Shown in pieces: positions 40,431 through 51,672 of a stretch of 64,000 bases of DNA. The position numbers were made by a program, and so were the translations under genes. Numbering within the stretch: position 1 is the stretch's first letter; each line of letters starts with the position of its first letter. A model generated the notes under the pieces. That model had not been told where the DNA came from. It saw nothing but the letters and a program-made list of their open reading frames with translations, and did no database searches. This stretch comes from Planctomycetota bacterium (GTDB lineage Bacteria > Planctomycetota > UBA1135 > UBA2386), in contig OZ245006.1 of NCBI GenBank assembly GCA_965223545.1, positions 4,576,001-4,640,000 on the forward strand. The letters are read 5' to 3'.

Positions 40431-41543
40431 CTACGGCCGGCGCTCCATCTCCTGCCAGCCGTTGTAGGTCACGTAGCGGCCGCTGGCGCGGTTTGCCAAG
40501 GCGATCGCGGCCGACGAGTAGTAGATGTTGAGCGTGCCCTTGATCTCGAAAGTGCTCGCTCCCGGCCCCTGGATCAGCGCGCCGCGGATGGTAGCGGTGC
40601 CGGCGCTGTTGTCGATGTTGCCGGCGACCAAGACGACGCCGTCGAACTCGAAGGTGCCGGTGATGGTCAGATCGCCGTTGACGACCAGCACGCCGGCGCC
40701 GCGCGAGTTGCCGGAGAACGTGACGTCGCCGCCGCGGTAGGCGACGTTGGCGATGCCAGCCGCGCCGTTGCCGAACGAATACGACGAGTACTTGCTGCTC
40801 GTCAGTACCAGGTTTGCCGTGTTCTGGATCTCGGCGACGACGGCGGCGAAGTTGAGCGGACCGGTGGGGCCGACTTGTGGGCTGCCCGCCGAGTAGCTGC
40901 TGATCGTCGCCGTCATCGTCGGCGAGGCGCCCGGTGACGCGACCCCGACCCCCATCACCGACACGCCGGTGCTGGCGCCGGTCATGGTCACCTCGTTGCC
41001 CGAGATCAGCGGCGTGCCCTTGCCGATGAAGTTGACGTTCGGGTTGAGCAGAGCCACGGCACTGGTGATGTTGGGCAGCACCTTGACCGGGCCCAGGTAG
41101 GCGACCACGCGTCGCTGCACCGCGCGGTACTGACCCGCCACGAGGATCTGGAACACGTCTTCGTCGGCCTCGTCGATCTGGCCGTCGCCGTCGTTGTCGA
41201 GTCCGTCGGTGGCCAGGTAGGTCGGCGTCACGGTGAAGGACAAGCCGCTGCCCAACGCCCGGTTGTAGCTGACGCCGGACTGCAACGTCGGTGGCGTCGA
41301 CTGCGCGCGGAAGACTGCGTCGTCGATGCCGGACTCGGCCGCCAACAGCGCCTTCTCGTCATCGAGCACCGCGGCGTGCTCGGCCGAGCGCTTGGCCATC
41401 ACCGAGGTGAACGACGCCGCGGTCAACAACAGGGGCATCAAGAAGGCGAACAGCGCCAGCAACACGGCGCCGTTCTCGCCGGTGGGCAACCCCATCGAGG
41501 TTGCATGACACCGAGCATGACGATGATGAGATCGAATACGCAT
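40431..41543 (-). CDS. PilX-like minor pilin/pseudopilin
   Basis: ENGAVLLALFAFL hydrophobic N-terminus; ALLAAESGI; DGLDNDGDGQIDE loop; G.GVLVVNGDL; C-terminal W.E. Confidence 0.72.
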   Translation of the reverse strand: MRIRSHHRHARCHATSMGLPTGENGAVLLALFAFLMPLLLTAASFTSVMAKRSAEHAAVLDDEKALLAAESGIDDAVFRAQSTPPTLQSGVSYNRALGSGLSFTVTPTYLATDGLDNDGDGQIDEADEDVFQILVAGQYRAVQRRVVAYLGPVKVLPNITSAVALLNPNVNFIGKGTPLISGNEVTMTGASTGVSVMGVGVASPGASPTMTATISSYSAGSPQVGPTGPLNFAAVVAEIQNTANLVLTSSKYSSYSFGNGAAGIANVAYRGGDVTFSGNSRGAGVLVVNGDLTITGTFEFDGVVLVAGNIDNSAGTATIRGALIQGPGASTFEIKGTLNIYYSSAAIALANRASGRYVTYNGWQEMERRP

Positions 41544-41601
41544 GGCTGGACTCCACTGCTCCCCCTGCTGAGTGGAACCCGTTTGACTGAGACTCCTGTC
41601 G

Positions 41602-43626
41602 TCATCCTGGACGGCGGAGATGAGGAGTGGGGTGCGGAGTGTCTCGTCCCGGGACTGGTGCCGGGTTCGCGTAGCGTTGCCGTTCGTGAGTTTCCGTGAC
41701 CGCTTCGAGCTCGGCGATGACGGCCGGCGGCAGGCCGGCGGCGCGCACCCGTTGCATCAGCTCGCGCGGTGTTTCCCCAGGGAGAAGGCGGACTTTGGCG
41801 CGCGCTATCGCGCGTGCATAGGTCCACACCGCGGGGTGGTGGCGTCGCCGTCGCCGGCGTCGTAGCCCGAGCACGGCGGCGGCGATCGACAGCGCCCACA
41901 ACAGGGCCTGCAGTGGGTTGGCGAGCCCCCAGGTCGCGAGCTGGCGCGGTGCAGCGCGCAGCCAGGCGAACGCTGCGGCGCGGGCGTCGTCGTTGAACGT
42001 GGTCAGCCGCGTCCAGAGGCCGCCGATCCAGGCGCGCGCGCCAGCGAGAAGACCGGGCTCGGCATCGCCCGCGCCTTCCGCCGCCGGAGTCGCGTCGACG
42101 GCGTACCAAAAACCGTTCGGGTCGAGGACCTCGACCCAGGCGTGCGCGTGGCGGCGGCGCACGACGATCTCGGTGCGGTCCGCGCTCCACTCACTGCAGA
42201 GATAGCCGGTGACCATCCGCGCGGGGATGCCCTCGCTGCGCAGCATCAGCGCGAGCGCGGTGGCGAAGTACTCGCAGTGTCCGACCGTACCGCGCTCGAA
42301 GAAGTCGGTGAGATTGCGGGCGGCGTCCGGCTCTCCCGGCAAGGCGTAGCGCCCGTTGTTGGCCAGCTCTGCCCGCAACGCCTCGACCAGCGCGTGCGGC
42401 GGCGCGCCCTCGATCCGGCGGACGACCCGGCGGCACAGCCGCCGGGCGGCGCGCGGCATGGTCCTGCCCAGCAGCTCGATGTAAGGGAGCACTGCGCGGC
42501 TGGTGTGGCGAGCGCGGTGGTCGGCGTGCTCCAGCGCGCGGCTCCGCAGGCCGAGGCGGTAGTGCAGCGGTCGCTGTGCGTCGCGGCGGTGGTCGAGCAG
42601 GATGGAGACCGTGCCGTCGTGATTGGCGCTGGCGAAGGCTTCGTCGGCGACGCGGATGCGATCGGCCTCGAGTGGCGCGAACAGGCGTGGGCTCTCGGTG
42701 TCCTCGAGCGTGATGTCGAGCTGGGTGACCGCGTCGGCTCGCGGCCCCGGCCGGTAGAGCTCGGTGTCACTCTGCCGCAGCCACTGCGGGTCGAGAGCCC
42801 GGCCGTGGGCGGGGCCGCTGAGCACCGTTCGCCACCGGTTGGCTTCGAATCGGTCGAAGGTGGCGCCGCGCCACAGGGTCGGAACCGCCGCGCGGTCGCC
42901 GCCGACGACGCGGATGCGCATGACCACCCGGTCGCTCTGCACTACCGCGCCGCTCTGGCCGAGCTTGACGGTCTCGCTGAAGCCGGTCTCGGCGATCTGC
43001 TGGCTGAGCAGGTGCTCGGCGACGAGGCCCTCGCGCTCGAAGTCGCGCGGCAGGAGCGCGAAGCCGCCGAGCGTGAGGCCGATCACCACCACGCCGCGCA
43101 GCATCGCGTCGCGGAGCTGGGCCCGGTCGACCCTGGTGCCGAACCGGGCCGCGTGCGCCAGCGTCATCGCCATCAACAAGACGGTGACGTAGACGATGAA
43201 CAGGGCCGCGTAGGCGACGTCTTGACAGAAGAAGCTGGTGACGAGAGCGATCAGGAAGGAGTTGAAGAACAACAGGTCGGGTCGTTGTTGCCGCGACAAG
43301 TTGTTGAGCAGGTGCACCTGGCACAAGGCCGCCAGCATCAGGCCGTCCTCGAGCAGGAAGCGGATGCCGGAGGTGGCGTGGTGCACGAGCAGGGCGAAGA
43401 CGCCGAGCACCGAGCCGTTCCACAGCGCGCGGTACAACAGCCGGGGTTGCCAGCGCGCGGTCCAGGGTGCGATCGCGGTCAGCAGCCACAGCGGCAGCAG
43501 CCAGTGCGTGCCGACCGCGCCGGTGAGCTGGACGAAGGCGAGGTTGACGAGCACCACTGCCAGCAGCGCATGGCGCAGGCCGCGCGGGTGGTGGAACGTT
43601 CCGCCCGTTGGCGCCCGGCCGCTCAC
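41602..43626 (-). CDS. TgpA-like membrane transglutaminase (DUF3488 plus transglutaminase core)
   Basis: Several TMs; GHCEYFATA, GIPAR.VTGY, HAHAWVEV, DATP; GTGA overlap with DUF58. Confidence 0.92.
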   Translation of the reverse strand: MSGRAPTGGTFHHPRGLRHALLAVVLVNLAFVQLTGAVGTHWLLPLWLLTAIAPWTARWQPRLLYRALWNGSVLGVFALLVHHATSGIRFLLEDGLMLAALCQVHLLNNLSRQQRPDLLFFNSFLIALVTSFFCQDVAYAALFIVYVTVLLMAMTLAHAARFGTRVDRAQLRDAMLRGVVVIGLTLGGFALLPRDFEREGLVAEHLLSQQIAETGFSETVKLGQSGAVVQSDRVVMRIRVVGGDRAAVPTLWRGATFDRFEANRWRTVLSGPAHGRALDPQWLRQSDTELYRPGPRADAVTQLDITLEDTESPRLFAPLEADRIRVADEAFASANHDGTVSILLDHRRDAQRPLHYRLGLRSRALEHADHRARHTSRAVLPYIELLGRTMPRAARRLCRRVVRRIEGAPPHALVEALRAELANNGRYALPGEPDAARNLTDFFERGTVGHCEYFATALALMLRSEGIPARMVTGYLCSEWSADRTEIVVRRRHAHAWVEVLDPNGFWYAVDATPAAEGAGDAEPGLLAGARAWIGGLWTRLTTFNDDARAAAFAWLRAAPRQLATWGLANPLQALLWALSIAAAVLGLRRRRRRRHHPAVWTYARAIARAKVRLLPGETPRELMQRVRAAGLPPAVIAELEAVTETHERQRYANPAPVPGRDTPHPTPHLRRPG

Positions 43627-44654
43627 GCAGTCGCTCCCGTGGTCGTCGTGCGCGGCAACCGCAGCACGCCGGGCGCCACTGGCGGCGGTGCCGGTGCGTC
43701 GCTGGGCAGCGGCGCAGCCGTGGCCAGATAGGTCCACAGCTCGTCCCAGGGTCGTTGGCACTCGCCGTAGCTGCCGCTGACGTCTTGGCTGTGCAGCACC
43801 AGCACGTCCTTGTTGGTCCGCGCCCACTGCGCCAGGCCGGCGATCAGCTGCAGTGCCGGCTCCAACGTGTCCGGATCGTGCCGCAGATCGAGCAGCACCT
43901 CGATGCCGGTGCGCGCGTCGGTCTCGCGCTCGATCACGACGAGGCCGGCGCGCCGCGCGCTGGCCTTCCAGTGCACCGTGCGGGGTTCGTCCCCCGGCCG
44001 GTAGTCGCGCAGGCCGACGGCTTCGCCGGCGTCCGGCTCACCGCCGGCGAGCTCGCCCTCGAGCTGGGCGATCAGCTGCCGGCGGTCACGCGCCGCGCCG
44101 AGGTCGACGGGGGCTGGATACACCACGATGTAGGGCGGAGACTTCGCCCGGCGCCAGGCGCGGGCGAAGCCGAAGGGGTAGCTGCTGGTCAGCCGCGCCT
44201 CCGACAATGAGTGCAGTCCGCGCGGCAGCGCCGGCAGAGTGCCCTCGACGATGCAGTCGGCGTCCGCTGCACAGCGCCCCGCAGTCGCCACCGGCAGTCG
44301 TTTTCCGGCGATCGATACGGTGCATTGCAGCGTGTAGCGGGTGCGGGCCGGTGCACGCACCAGCACGGTGGCGCGCGGCGCGACGCCGGCGGGCGCCGGC
44401 TCGACATGCAGCACCGCCGCGCTCGCACCGGCGACGTTGCGCCACGTCCACCACAGCGAACAACCCGCGACGGTGGCGGCGAACACCATCAGCAGGAAGA
44501 ACAAGTTCATGTAGGGCGCCGCGTAGAACGCGGCGATCAGCGTCGCGTAGAACAGCAGCGCCTTCATGCCCAGCGCGGTCGGGACCAAGCGGACTCCGCC
44601 ATCCGGGCCGTCGAGACGCTGGCTGGGCGGAGACTTGGCCGGCCCCGGCTTCAT
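43623..44654 (-). CDS. DUF58 protein
   Basis: S.YPFG, VVYP, LRDYRPGD..R.VHWKASAR. Confidence 0.92.
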   Translation of the reverse strand: MKPGPAKSPPSQRLDGPDGGVRLVPTALGMKALLFYATLIAAFYAAPYMNLFFLLMVFAATVAGCSLWWTWRNVAGASAAVLHVEPAPAGVAPRATVLVRAPARTRYTLQCTVSIAGKRLPVATAGRCAADADCIVEGTLPALPRGLHSLSEARLTSSYPFGFARAWRRAKSPPYIVVYPAPVDLGAARDRRQLIAQLEGELAGGEPDAGEAVGLRDYRPGDEPRTVHWKASARRAGLVVIERETDARTGIEVLLDLRHDPDTLEPALQLIAGLAQWARTNKDVLVLHSQDVSGSYGECQRPWDELWTYLATAAPLPSDAPAPPPVAPGVLRLPRTTTTGATA

Positions 44655-45586
44655 AGTGGTACGGGCGTGCGGTCGATGAGCTCTTGCAGCACCGCCGCGG
44701 CGTCTCCACTGCCGCGCAAGAACACGCGGTGGGCGAGCACCGGGCGCGCCAGTGCCTTGAGGTCGTCGGGCACGACGTGATCGCGCCCGTCGAGCAGCGC
44801 GCGCGCGCGCGCTGCCCGCAGCCAGGCCAGCGCGGCCCGTGGGCTGGCGCCGAGCAACACCTGCTCGTGGCGGCGGCTTTCGCGCACGACGGCGTAGGCG
44901 TACTGCGCGACCGGCTCGCTGATGTGCACCTCGTCCACCGCCGCACGGACCGCGACCAGGTCTTGGCGGGTGACCACTGGTGTGAGTCGCGCCAGCCGCA
45001 GCTCCGGTTGGTCGCCGGCGTACAGCGCCAGCTCCCGCTCGGGCTCGGGATAGTCGAGCTCGACCCGCACAGTGAACCGGTCGAGGGCGGCCTCGGGTAC
45101 CGGGAAGGTGCCGTGGAACTCGATCGGGTTGCGCGTCGCCAGCACCGAGAACGGGTCGGCGAGCTCGACCGGACGGCCCTCGACCGACACGCGGCCGTTC
45201 TCCATCGCCTCGAGCAAGCACGACAGGGTGCGCGGGCTGGTGCGATTGATCTCGTCCGCCAGCACGATGTTGGCGAACAGCGGTCCCCTTGCGAATACGA
45301 ACTTCTCCGCCCGCGGCTTCCAGATGCTGGAGCCGACGATGTCCGACGGCATCAGGTCGTTGGTGAACTGCACGCGGTTGAAGTCGCAGTCCACGCAGCG
45401 CGCGAGGGCGCGCGCCAGCAGGGTCTTGCCGGTGCCGGGCACGCCCTCGATCAAGGCGTGGCCGCCGGAGACCAACGCGACCAGTAGGGTGTCCAGCACC
45501 TCTGGCCGCACGGCGACGACCGCTGGAATGGCGGTTCCGATCTCACGCCGCAGCGTGGCGGCATCGGCTGATAGGCTGACGGTCAA
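44651..45586 (-). CDS. MoxR-family AAA+ ATPase (start approximate)
   Basis: GVPGTGKT, RVQFTNDLMPSD, LADEINR, ATRNPIE..GT, DRF, GASPR. Confidence 0.95.
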   Translation of the reverse strand: MTVSLSADAATLRREIGTAIPAVVAVRPEVLDTLLVALVSGGHALIEGVPGTGKTLLARALARCVDCDFNRVQFTNDLMPSDIVGSSIWKPRAEKFVFARGPLFANIVLADEINRTSPRTLSCLLEAMENGRVSVEGRPVELADPFSVLATRNPIEFHGTFPVPEAALDRFTVRVELDYPEPERELALYAGDQPELRLARLTPVVTRQDLVAVRAAVDEVHISEPVAQYAYAVVRESRRHEQVLLGASPRAALAWLRAARARALLDGRDHVVPDDLKALARPVLAHRVFLRGSGDAAAVLQELIDRTPVPL

Positions 45587-45728
45587 AGGTGCGCTTCCCC
45601 CAGACAGCAATCGGCCGACCCGCGTCTCCAGCTGGTGTCCGAAATCGAGACCGGAAATTGCTTCTTGGCATCGGGAGTTCACACTCCTCGACTCGACCTC
45701 GCTCCCGCATCGATTCGAAGAACAACGC

Positions 45729-47042
45729 ATGGAAGTGACCTACCTCGGGCACGCCGCCATCCTCGTGCGCAGTGGCGGCACCAGCCTGTTGATGGACCCG
45801 TGGCTCGAGGATCCGGCGTACTGCAACAGTTGGTTCCACTACCCGCCGCTGGAGCTGCGCATCGAAGACGTCGCACCGGTGGACTACGTCTGGTGCTCGC
45901 ACGACCACCCCGACCACTTCGACCGCAAGACCCTGGCCAAGCTGCCGCGTGATCAGAAGATCCTGGTGCCGCAGTTCGCTTCCGGTCGGCTGGGCCGTCA
46001 GTTGCGCGCCGAGGGGTTTACCGACCTGGTGCCGATGCCATTCGACCGCGAGATGGAGCTGGGGCCCGATCTGCGCGTGACCGGGATGCGCACCGATCTG
46101 GTGTGGGAAGACAGCGCGCTGGTCGTCGAGGGCGGCGGCGTGCGGTTGTTCAACATGAACGACTGCAAGCTCGGTGATGATCTGCTGCGTGCCATCGGCG
46201 AGCGCTACCCGCTCGACATCGCGTTCGTGCCGTTCTCCGGCGCGATCCAGTTTCCGACCTGCTATGGCTACGACGCCGCTGCGCTCGAGGAGATGTGCGC
46301 CGAGCGCCGCCAGCGGCATCTGCGCTGGTTCGTGCACCGCATCGAGCTGCTCGGGGCCAAGCGGGCGGTGCCGTTTGCCGGCAACTTCGCGCTGCTGCAC
46401 CGCGACCAGGTGTGGATGAACGAGCCCGAGAGCAACAACATCAACACCCCCGACGAGGCCATCGCCGCCCTCGCCGAGGGGCTGCCGCACGTCGAGGGAG
46501 TGCAGATGAACCCCGGCGACCGTTGGACCGTGGCGGGCGGGCTGGAGCTGCACAAGCCGGCGCCGGCGTTCGCCGACAAGATGCGTGAGGTGCGCGCGCT
46601 CGCGCGGAAAGTCGCCGACGACGTCGATGCGCTGCGGAGCAGCGAGCCGCCGGCGCGTTCGACGCTGCGCGCCGATCTCGAGGGCTACTTCGCCGGCGTC
46701 GCGCGGCGGCATCCGGAGCTGCCGGGCCGGATCGACGCCCGGGTGGTGATCGAGGCCGAAGGCAAGCACGGGGGCGTCTGGTGCCTGGTCTTCGACCGCG
46801 AGGGGTTTCGCTGCGAGGACTTCAACGACGGCGATGCGTGGAATCTGCGCATGACGATGTCTTCGTCGTTGCTCCAGCAAGCGGTCGATGGAGCGATCTC
46901 CTGGGACGAGCTCGCGCTCTCGTTCCGGGTCCGTTTCGCCGAGAACCCCGAGTTCTTCAACCAGGACTTCTGGGTGATGCTCTACAACAACGAGATGGAG
47001 TTCTTGGCGGCCTATCTGCGGGATCCCGCGCCCAAGTTCTGA
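45729..47042 (+). CDS. MBL-fold protein similar to the CMP-Neu5Ac hydroxylase catalytic domain, no Rieske domain
   Basis: DPWL.DPAY..SW, SHDHPDH, EDS, NMNDC, GA..FP..Y, PFAGNF. Confidence 0.8.
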   Translation: MEVTYLGHAAILVRSGGTSLLMDPWLEDPAYCNSWFHYPPLELRIEDVAPVDYVWCSHDHPDHFDRKTLAKLPRDQKILVPQFASGRLGRQLRAEGFTDLVPMPFDREMELGPDLRVTGMRTDLVWEDSALVVEGGGVRLFNMNDCKLGDDLLRAIGERYPLDIAFVPFSGAIQFPTCYGYDAAALEEMCAERRQRHLRWFVHRIELLGAKRAVPFAGNFALLHRDQVWMNEPESNNINTPDEAIAALAEGLPHVEGVQMNPGDRWTVAGGLELHKPAPAFADKMREVRALARKVADDVDALRSSEPPARSTLRADLEGYFAGVARRHPELPGRIDARVVIEAEGKHGGVWCLVFDREGFRCEDFNDGDAWNLRMTMSSSLLQQAVDGAISWDELALSFRVRFAENPEFFNQDFWVMLYNNEMEFLAAYLRDPAPKF

Positions 47043-47061
47043 GCGCGTGGCGGTGACCGCG

Positions 47062-48408
47062 ATGAAGGTGCTGCACGTCGGGCACGGCTTCTTCCCCGAG
47101 AGCCAGGGCGGCGTCGAGTCGTACTTGCGCGATCTGCTGCGCGAGCAGGGGCGGCAGGGTCTCGATGTCACGTTGTTGACGGGCAGCATGGCGCCGTGGC
47201 CCGAGTGCGGCGTCGAAGAGCTGTCGATCGAGGGGCTGCGCGTCTTGCGGCTGCACCGGGACGACGCCTACTTCGACGTGCACAGCAAGGCCCATCACCC
47301 CGTCGTGTCGGCGTTGTTCGCCGAGCTGATTGCGCGCGAGCGTCCCGACGTCGTGCATCTGCACCAGTGGATCCGGCTGAGCAGCGACCTGGTCGAGGTG
47401 GCGTCCGGCCTCGGCGTGCCGGTCGTGGTCACGCTGCACGATCTGTACACCTCGTGCCCGCGGGCGTTTCGGGTCGACGCGCGCGAGCAGCCGTGCACGC
47501 GGCCGCTGTCGGTCGAGGCATGCGGTTGGTGCGTGCCGCGCTACGGCCACGAGGACGACGCGGAGATCGCGCTGGGCATCGACCTGCACCGCGACCAGTA
47601 CCAGGGCGAGCTGGCGTTGGCGTCGGCAGTGCTGGTGGCGTCGGAAGCCACCGCCGACCTGATTGCGGCGACCACTCCGTGTCCAAGAGACCGCTTCACG
47701 ATCGCGCCGCTCGGCTATCGCCGTCGCTACGACCAGCCGCTACCACCGCCGCCACTGCCCGCCGCGGGCGAGCCGTTTCGCTTCGGCTACTGGGGCAGCG
47801 TCGCGCCGCGCAAGGGTGGCATCGTCCTGCTCGAGGCGATGGCGCAGCTGATGCAGCAGGGGGCGCCGCGGCCGGTCGAGCTCTGCATCTTCGGCAAGTG
47901 CGACACCGAGGCGTTCCGCACAGCACTGCTCGAACGCGCCGCGGGCCTGCCGGTGCGGTTGCTCGGCCCGTACGACTACTCCGGTCTCGCCAGCGCCGGC
48001 GTGCACATGGCGGTGTTCCCAATCGTCTGTTTCGAGACGTTCGGCTTCGTCCTGGACGAGGCGCACGAGCTGGGCTTGCCGGCGATCGTCACCGATCACG
48101 GCGCGCTGCCGCGGCGCGCCGCCGGCGCGTCGATCGCGGTGCCGCCCAACGACGCCGCGGCGCTTGCCGCGGCGATGCGCTCGGTGCTCGAGGAGCCCGG
48201 GGTCAGGGATACCCTGGCGGCGCGGCTGCCCGCGCTGCCGCCCACTCCGGCGGAGCACGCGGCGGCGCTGCTGGCGATCTACCGGGCGCCAAAGGGTCCG
48301 GCGGCCGGCGGGGCTCCGGTCGTGGACCGCCGGCGGCGTGGGGCTTTTACGGTCAAGCAGCGCGAGAGTGCGCTGCGCGCCCTGCACCCCGGCCGCGGCC
48401 CGTATTGA
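47062..48408 (+). CDS. Glycosyltransferase family 4
   Basis: GGVESY, PDVVHLH, TLHD...CPR, KG, ETFGFVLDEA...G.P; start may be 47047. Confidence 0.9.
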   Translation: MKVLHVGHGFFPESQGGVESYLRDLLREQGRQGLDVTLLTGSMAPWPECGVEELSIEGLRVLRLHRDDAYFDVHSKAHHPVVSALFAELIARERPDVVHLHQWIRLSSDLVEVASGLGVPVVVTLHDLYTSCPRAFRVDAREQPCTRPLSVEACGWCVPRYGHEDDAEIALGIDLHRDQYQGELALASAVLVASEATADLIAATTPCPRDRFTIAPLGYRRRYDQPLPPPPLPAAGEPFRFGYWGSVAPRKGGIVLLEAMAQLMQQGAPRPVELCIFGKCDTEAFRTALLERAAGLPVRLLGPYDYSGLASAGVHMAVFPIVCFETFGFVLDEAHELGLPAIVTDHGALPRRAAGASIAVPPNDAAALAAAMRSVLEEPGVRDTLAARLPALPPTPAEHAAALLAIYRAPKGPAAGGAPVVDRRRRGAFTVKQRESALRALHPGRGPY

Positions 48409-48504
48409 TTTTGGCCGGCGCGGAACCATGGTTCCGCGTATCCACCGCTATGCTGCCCGGTTCGCTTCCCGGCGGGCCCCGCCGGCAGCAGCCTCCCGAA
48501 GATC

Positions 48505-49728
<1,224 letters not shown>

Positions 49729-49902
49729 CGGCGTGAGGGCGGGCGGCCCTGGACTCCTCGGCTGGCGGCTCGATGTCCGACCACGCGAGCTAGTGCTCGA
49801 GGGCGTCGGCCAGCGACGTAGGTCACGATCTCTATGTCGCAGTGGCCGTGCTCGCCGAATCCTGGCCCGGCCGCACGCGATCCTGGTGATCATGACGCAC
49901 AC

Positions 49903-50907
49903 TCAAGAGACCCGGCCCCGTAAGAGTTCCCCGGCCGCCTCCTCCATGCTCAGCCAGGGTTCGTCGTCCGGCCACGCCAAGGGAGCTGCGGGGAAGAAGG
50001 CAAGTCGGACGATCGCCTCGGGGTCCCGTTGGTCGTGGGGCCAGAGCTGGTCGAGCAGGAGGCCTGCCGTGTCCACGAACTTGCCCCGCCGGGACTCGGG
50101 CATCTCCGGGGAAAGCAGAGCCTGCGCCTTCTCCAGGGCTTGCTTGCGGGCCCGTTGGTCGGAGTTCTGCCGCCACACCTCCAGCAGCTGGAGCACGGCC
50201 AGGTCCGCGCCGTCGGCGACGACGATGGGACGCTCGCCGCGCCACTCTCGCCAGGTCTGGGACTCGGTGAACACCCACGGGGCGCTCAAGGAATTGACCG
50301 TCAGGGCGATCAGTAACGCGTCGGCCCGTTCCAGGTGCTCGCGGATGACGTCGCAGATGTGCTCGCCTGGCCGCAGCTCGGCTTCGGCGAGCCACCCGTG
50401 CACGCCGAGGTTGGCGAGGTGCAGTCGCAGGCGCCCGCAGAAGTGGCAGTCCAGCCCGGAGTGCGCCAGGAAGATCCGAGGGGCTCCTTCGCGCAGCGTG
50501 GGCAACGTCTCGAAAGGCAGCCCGGGACCGGTGAGCAGGGGCTCGAGCAGCTCACGCGGGGCATCGCCCACGTGTTCCACGAGCCCCCAGAGGCGCCTCA
50601 TGTCCCTGGCGTGGGGGTAGCGCGCGGGCCGGAGGACGGTGTCTTCGTTCGCCCACCACCAGTTCTCCAGGGCCTTGTCCAAGTCCCTGGCGTCGAACGG
50701 GTGACCTTCTTCGTTGATCAGGGGGCGCCCGCATTCTCGGCCGCAGGCAACCAAGCGCTCGGCGTCGAAGAAGCTCCGCGTCCGCTCCCCTTCCGCCTGG
50801 TCCAGAGGTACTGCGTGCTTGCTGAGCAGCGCCAGGACATCCCGGACCCAGGCTGGCTCTCTGGCGTTCTCAGAGCCGCTATTCACCGCTCTCGCCAACT
50901 TCCGCAA
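49903..50907 (-). CDS. TIR-domain protein (start uncertain)
   Basis: IFLAHS..D..F..RL...L...GV..WL.E.EL.PG..I...I...LE.AD.....T.NS...PWV..E. Confidence 0.82.
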   Translation of the reverse strand: MRKLARAVNSGSENAREPAWVRDVLALLSKHAVPLDQAEGERTRSFFDAERLVACGRECGRPLINEEGHPFDARDLDKALENWWWANEDTVLRPARYPHARDMRRLWGLVEHVGDAPRELLEPLLTGPGLPFETLPTLREGAPRIFLAHSGLDCHFCGRLRLHLANLGVHGWLAEAELRPGEHICDVIREHLERADALLIALTVNSLSAPWVFTESQTWREWRGERPIVVADGADLAVLQLLEVWRQNSDQRARKQALEKAQALLSPEMPESRRGKFVDTAGLLLDQLWPHDQRDPEAIVRLAFFPAAPLAWPDDEPWLSMEEAAGELLRGRVS

Positions 50908-51351
50908 CCTGCTCGGCGCGGGGTGCAGGCGCTCGCCCGGTCGGACGGAGAGTCGGTGGGCGATGTTGCTGTGTGCCTCCTTGCTGGCGCAAGTGAATCG
51001 AATTCACCATCGACTTCGGATCACGAGGAGTTTGGAGTTTCCGCGGTGCCTCACGGATCGTGCAGCGATGGAACCAAGCCCGTCGAGCATGCGGCAAGGT
51101 GTCGAGCTTGGCAACTCCTGTGCGAACTCGCGCGCTAGTTCGCAACCACAGCGCGGAGCCAGCCAACACGCCCCTGCCGCTCAGGAGTAGCGGACGCCCC
51201 AGTGTTCCGGCACACGAGGCCGGGGTAGTGGGCGGTCGTCATTGCTGTGGGGCTCAGGGGCGAGAGGGACGCGGAGCCACGCCAAGGGACCACCGACGAC
51301 GGAACCACAACGGGGACCGCTTCCGCGTGACCCGTGCTGCGCCGTTTCTGC

Positions 51352-51620
51352 AATGACAGAGCCCACCCCCGACATCTACGTCTCGCGGATGTCCAATCGC
51401 ACCGCGCAGACCATGACTCTCCACCAGTTCGCCGCTCGCTTCGAGCGAGTGGCGCCGGCGCCATGGTGTGTCGCCGCCGGGGTAGGCTCACGCGATGCCG
51501 CCGAGGACGTGGTGCAGGCGGTTGCCTCGCAGGCGATCACGAAGCCGAAGAACTTTGGGACAACCTGTTTCGCAGACCGTGCGGTCCGCTCGTGTCGTAT
51601 GACTCACGCCGCTGGACGAA
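51352..51620 (+). pseudogene. ECF sigma factor remnant
   Basis: QFAARFE...WCVAAGVGSRDAAEDVVQ..A..A resembles sigma2; sigma4 absent. Confidence 0.55.
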
Positions 51621-51672
51621 CGCCGCGGATTGCAGTGCCTGTCCGCGCGCGAGCAGCCACCCGCGAGTGCCC

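Noticed and set aside
50908..51090. In-frame TGA (51004-51006) upstream of the TIR ORF, with an ATG at 51090: possible third Sec site
   Set aside because: The context RSRW-TGA-IRFTC is not a known redox motif and I see no clear hairpin; more likely non-coding sequence or a nonsense mutation in a longer ancestor
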